DNA of 37,679 nt from Octopus bimaculoides (Eukaryota). The position numbers and the translations under genes are program-made. The notes below the pieces were generated by a model. That model did no database searches and was not told where the DNA came from. It saw only the letters and a program-made list of their open reading frames with translations. Within the stretch, counting starts at the first letter, position 1. The number at the start of each line of letters is the position of its first letter. Below are positions 33,271 through 37,679 of this stretch, one piece after another. The DNA lies in NCBI RefSeq assembly GCF_001194135.2, contig NC_068983.1, positions 94,052,763 to 94,090,441 on the forward strand, read 5' to 3'.

Positions 33271-33479
33271 AAGTAGCCCAAATACTGAAAGAATGTAGCT
33301 CTCCCCTGAAGATCTCAGTGACATGAAACTCAAGTCATGAGAAAGCTTTCAGTTTAAATAAAGAATATTTTCTACATCATGTATTAAGCATTCTTTTCTT
33401 CCACAGTGACAAACTGAAACATTTTCACACTCTCTTTGTGTGTGTGTGGTTGTGTGCATGCTTGCATGAGAGTGTTCCG

Positions 33480-33710
33480 TTGTTCCAGTTCACTCAGCTG
33501 TAGAAATAAGATATGACATCACTGGTGCCAAGCTGTATCGGCCTTTTCCTTTCCCTTGGATAACATTGGTGGTATGGAGAGGGGAGGCTGGTATCATGGG
33601 CAACTGCTGGTCTTCCATAAACAACCTTGTCTGGATGTGTGCCTCAGTGAGTAGCTTTCTAGGTGCAATCCCAGGATTATTCATGACCGAAGAGGTTCTT
33701 TACCCTTCCA
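33480..33710 (+). mobile_element. 3' part of a SINE-like interspersed repeat
   Basis: GC-richer block starting with the SINE-domain-like TTGTTCCAGTTCACTCAGCTGTA. The family is recognised from memory only. Confidence 0.4.
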
Positions 33711-34390
33711 GAAGGAAAACACAGATGTAAGACCTGTAACTTTTTTTGCATCCAATGATGTAGACTAATTCATCTTTTTACACAAATGCATACATTGTTT
33801 AGAGAGTTGGGCTAGCATTGTTCAAGGCCTTTCTTCATTTAAAAAAAAAATTCAGGCACAGGCATCACTTAAATTTTAACATCTCTGTTATTTGCTGCAT
33901 ACTATGACTGACTATAGCCAAAAAAAAAAAGGCAAAACACTCAATGAAAAATTTCATGATGAACAAAGAAATGTGTCAGCATGAGTGGTAACTCTCTGAA
34001 CACCTGCTGCAAGAGGTACTCATCATTGCCACAGCCATACTACTTTAAGAAAACAACCAAATTATGGCATTGCTTGAAACTGAGTGTAATTTAAGTTCAC
34101 CTTGAGAGAGTTCAAGTCAGTTGCTAACAAAGCAACAAGATTTTTTGAGTTAAGAGAGTTTCCTGTGTTTGTAAATATGTGGTTGAGTTGGTGTGTTGGT
34201 TGAACCCATGAGTACATCTATTCACATAAGAGTTTCAGATGGAGAATTTTGGGAATGTCTTATAAATCTTCGCTGTGCTACTAATAGATTGGATTTGGAG
34301 AATCTATGTCAATTTCTTTTGCTCTTTCTCCATGAAACCAAGTATCTCTAGTGTATGCATGTATGTATGTATCTATACATGCATGTGTGC

Positions 34391-34434
<44 letters not shown>

Positions 34435-35016
34435 CCAATGATAAGCACAAGTATACATGCATTCACTAATACAAGCACATACACATACAGATCACAGATG
34501 CAAACTCTCTCTGACATAGAAGTAGCAGCTAAATATCTCTCAACTCACAAAACTAACATTCCTTGTAAAAAGAATGATATATTGAACAACATAGTCCCTG
34601 ATATGCCAAAATACAGATTGTAATACCATTTATCATATCTGCTCAGTCAAAGATAATCAGAAGCTAAAGAACAATGGCTAGTGCACTGTACATATCTTAA
34701 AATAACTTGTGCTTCAAACCATTAGGTAAATATTTACTGCATATATATCCAGTCCCTGTTAGACAAAAATGGTATGAAGGTCATAGCTGGATTATTAAGG
34801 GTTTTTTTTCTCTACCAGACTAACCTGGAGCAAAACAATATCTATACTGTACTGTACATATCTTAAAATGATTTGTTTTCTAAATCACTTCGTAAATATT
34901 TACTGAATTTATAAGAATGCCATTTCATTGAATTTGAAGTACTATTTGTATTTGCAGACCATTTAGACATAATAGAAATGCCAGCCATTACATCTTACTG
35001 TCTCATATATATATAT

Positions 35017-35925
35017 CATCATCATCATCAGCATCAGCATCATAGTTTAACATCCACTTTCCATGCAGGCATGGGTTGGATGGTTTGGGATGGGATGGAG
35101 CTGGTTAGCAGGGAGCTGTCCAGACTCCAGCTGTCTGTTGAGGCATGGTTTCTGCAGCTGGATGCTCTTCCTAATGCCAACAACTTAACAGTGTGCTGGG
35201 TACTTTTTACATGTCATTGTCATGGGCGTGTTAGCACAGCACCAGCATGGGTGCTTTTTAAGTGGCACCATCACCTGAAAGGACAAGCCTGTATGTGTGG
35301 AAGACGGAGATTTTACTTAGCTTGATGTGTCTTATCAAGTACAGCAAATTGCCCCATCTCCCAGTCCCTTGTCATTTCTTCAGTGAGGCCCAATGTCTGA
35401 AGATCCTTTCTCACCACTTCATCCCCCATCTTCCTGGGTCTACCCCTTCCACAGGTACCCTCCACAATTAGAGCTTGGCACTTCTTTATGCAGCTGTCCT
35501 CATCCATATGCATCACATGACCAAACTAGTGTGGTCTTTCATGCACACATCTGATGCCTCTTATACCTAGTTTTCCTCTTAAATCATTTACACTCTGTCA
35601 TGCATGCACACTGACATTACCCATCCAGTGCAGTATGCTAGCTTCATTTCTTTCAAGCCTTCACAAATCCTCTGTAGTCAAAGCCCACACTTCACTGCCA
35701 TGTAACACAGCTGTACATACACAGCAATCATACAATCTGCCTTTCACTCTGCTGGGGAGGCCCTTAGTTACCAGAAAAGGTAGAAGATCTCTGAACTTCA
35801 CCCAGCCCATTTTTATCCTAGCAACTACACTTTCAGAACTCCCTCCCCCGCTGCTACCTTGATCTCTTAGGTAACAGAAGTCATCTACTACTTCTAATGA
35901 TCTATCCAAGCATTTGAGGGAGCCT
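35017..35925 (-). mobile_element. 5'-truncated RTE-clade LINE (end of ORF2, 3' UTR, (GAT)n tail), pseudogenised
   Basis: SLEVVDDFCYL..ESVVARIKMGWVKFRDLLPFL..KGRLYDCCVCTAVLHGSEVWAL and EDSCIKKCQALIVEGTCGRGRPRK..DEVVRKDLQTLGL are typical RTE ORF2 C-terminal motifs. Confidence 0.9.
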
Positions 35926-35927
35926 AA

Positions 35928-36093
35928 CTCTCTGGTTAAGAAGTTTGCTTCCCAACCACATAGGTTTGGGTTCAGTCCCACTGTGTGACACTTTGGGCTA
36001 TAGTCCCAGGCCACCCAATGCCTTGTGAATGGATTTTGTGGATGGAAACTGAAAGAATCCCATCATATATATGTAAATATATATAGATTTGTG

Positions 36094-36148
<55 letters not shown>

Positions 36149-36398
36149 GTGTGTATGTATGTGTGTGTGAGAGAGAGAGAGAGAGAGATGATTGCTATGA
36201 ATGAAATGTCATCCGTTTCCAATATTCTGCAAAAACATGCCTGACCATGAGGAAATATTACCTTGTTTAAAACAGGTTAGGATTGGCGACAGGAAGGGCA
36301 TCTGGCCATAGAAAGCATGCTTCATATCTACTTCATCCAAATATAGAAAATACAAGCACAGAAAAGTGGGCATTAAAACAATGATGATGGTGATGATG
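35928..36398 (+). mobile_element. Composite SINE: family-B-like tRNA head, internal (TA)/(TG)/(GA) microsatellite, (GAT)n-tailed 3' part
   Basis: Head TGGTTAAGAAGTTTGCTTCCCAACCAC..GGTTCAGTCCCACTG matches 14711. The tail matches 1040-1240. Confidence 0.65.
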
Positions 36399-36589
36399 TA
36401 TATATATAGGAGCAAACAATGGAGCTTCTACAAACATAAAGACAGACCTGATAAAAATAACAGTCAAGTCTTCATCAAATCACACACAGCAGCATTAATA
36501 TGCAGATACACAGTAACACTAATAATACATATTGACTAATATACATACAATGCTTTGCACAAACACATACTGGCAAAAAAAGATGATGG

Positions 36590-36745
36590 CCTCTCAGTAG
36601 TCAATCACCATGCTAGAAATAGCCAGCAAATATCCTTCAAATCACACATCCTAATGTCTTTAAAAAGTAAGAACATATTGGACAATGTAGTTCCTGGTAA
36701 GCAAAAAAATGTAGAATGGTCATGGCTAGAATGTCTTTAATAATA
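36590..36745. mobile_element. Interspersed repeat family E copy (opposite orientation to 25815)
   Basis: TGCTAGAAATAGCCAGCAAATATCCTTCAAATCACAC..GGTCATGGCTAGAATGTCTTT. Confidence 0.45.
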
Positions 36746-37246
36746 AGGTGTGCTCAATCATAGCTAGTCTTTGTTCATCAACAACAACAGCTATGGTTAT
36801 ATTGTAGACGTCTAATGCAAGAATATATACAAGGGAGTGAAAGTAACCAGGAAGAAAGAAAGTACAACAAACATGTTGAGGAACTGGAAGCAGAATGAAA
36901 GACAAAACAGAAGTATTAGAGAAATTGTTTATTCTGATTGAAAGTATCATAAAAACCTAATATTAATAGACAGTATGCAAAGAGAGAGAGAGGGGGGGGT
37001 GGAGAAAGTAGAAGGTAAAGTATTAACAAAAAATAAAAGTATTGTGAATGGTATCATAAAGAAAGGTGTATTAAAATACACACACCCACATACACACATA
37101 AAGCACTAATTAATCTCATAATCGAAATCTAATGTCAATATTAAAAATATATTCACACCAGTTTGTGTGTGTGTGTATAAATATATATAAATAATATAGG
37201 TGGCTTATTAGCAATTTAACAAACTAAAAGCAAATTTATAGACATA

Positions 37247-37415
37247 ACTAAAGTGACAGAGAGTACTAAGTGGTACCAGCATTGCTAGAAATAAGAGTCA
37301 AACTGACACACTAGCCCCTGTCAGACATTAAGATAGTGCTCTTGTAGCGAGTGAGTCGGTTTGACACTTATTTCTAGCAGTACTGGTACCACTTAGAACC
37401 CTCTGTCACTTTAGT
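37247..37415. mobile_element. MITE-like fold-back element (169 bp, 61-bp arms)
   Basis: 37247-37307 matches the reverse complement of 37355-37415 at 55/61 positions. GACATA occurs on both sides. Confidence 0.7.
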
Positions 37416-37507
37416 GACATATATATATATATATATATATACAATTAAACCTTGGGAGAGGCATTATGCCGGTAATAAACACACGCACTGGTTCAGTCCT
37501 TTATTAA

Positions 37508-37679
37508 TTTATATACTTTTTTTGTTAAATTATTTCATTGCACTCTTGCAATCTCTTCAGTAACTTGTCTCTCCACTTCCATTTATTTTGAATATTCAAA
37601 ATAAATGGAAGTGGAGAGACAAGTTACTGAAGAGATTGCAAGAGTGCAATGAAATAATTTAACAAAAAAACTATATAAA
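37508..37679. repeat. 172-bp spacerless palindrome running to the window end
   Basis: Centre GAAT|ATTC at 37593/37594. The 86-bp arms have a single mismatch. Confidence 0.97.

Noticed and set aside
34978-35862. Plus-strand ORFs of 69-115 aa
   Set aside because: Antisense to the RTE LINE fragment.
36764-36896. Coiled-coil-like open frame (QEYIQGSESNQEERKYNKHVEELEAE*)
   Set aside because: Short, purine-rich, lacks convincing splice sites and has no recognised homology.

Overview
AT-rich eukaryotic genomic DNA with two N gaps, dense microsatellites and no long intact ORF. The SINE families look like those of octopus (coleoid cephalopod) genomes; this is recognition from memory, not a database result. 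Nearly everything identifiable is transposable-element DNA. It includes more than 15 tRNA-derived SINE copies of several families and two mariner DNA transposons: one about 1.3 kb full-length but dead, and one 726-bp internally deleted copy with both TIRs and TA flanks. There are also three fossil fragments of R4/Dong-like (restriction-like endonuclease) non-LTR retrotransposons, a 0.9-kb RTE LINE 3' end with younger tail-only copies, and two MITE-like elements. No host gene could be named. A few weak exon candidates lie around 17.8-21.1 kb and 5.3 kb. The most notable structures are an R4/Dong-like element sitting between (TAA)n tracts, chains of SINEs linked by (TAA)n, a nested fold-back at 2.24-2.50 kb, and a 172-bp spacerless palindrome that runs to the window end. 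I found no convincing new biological system; the findings are leads.
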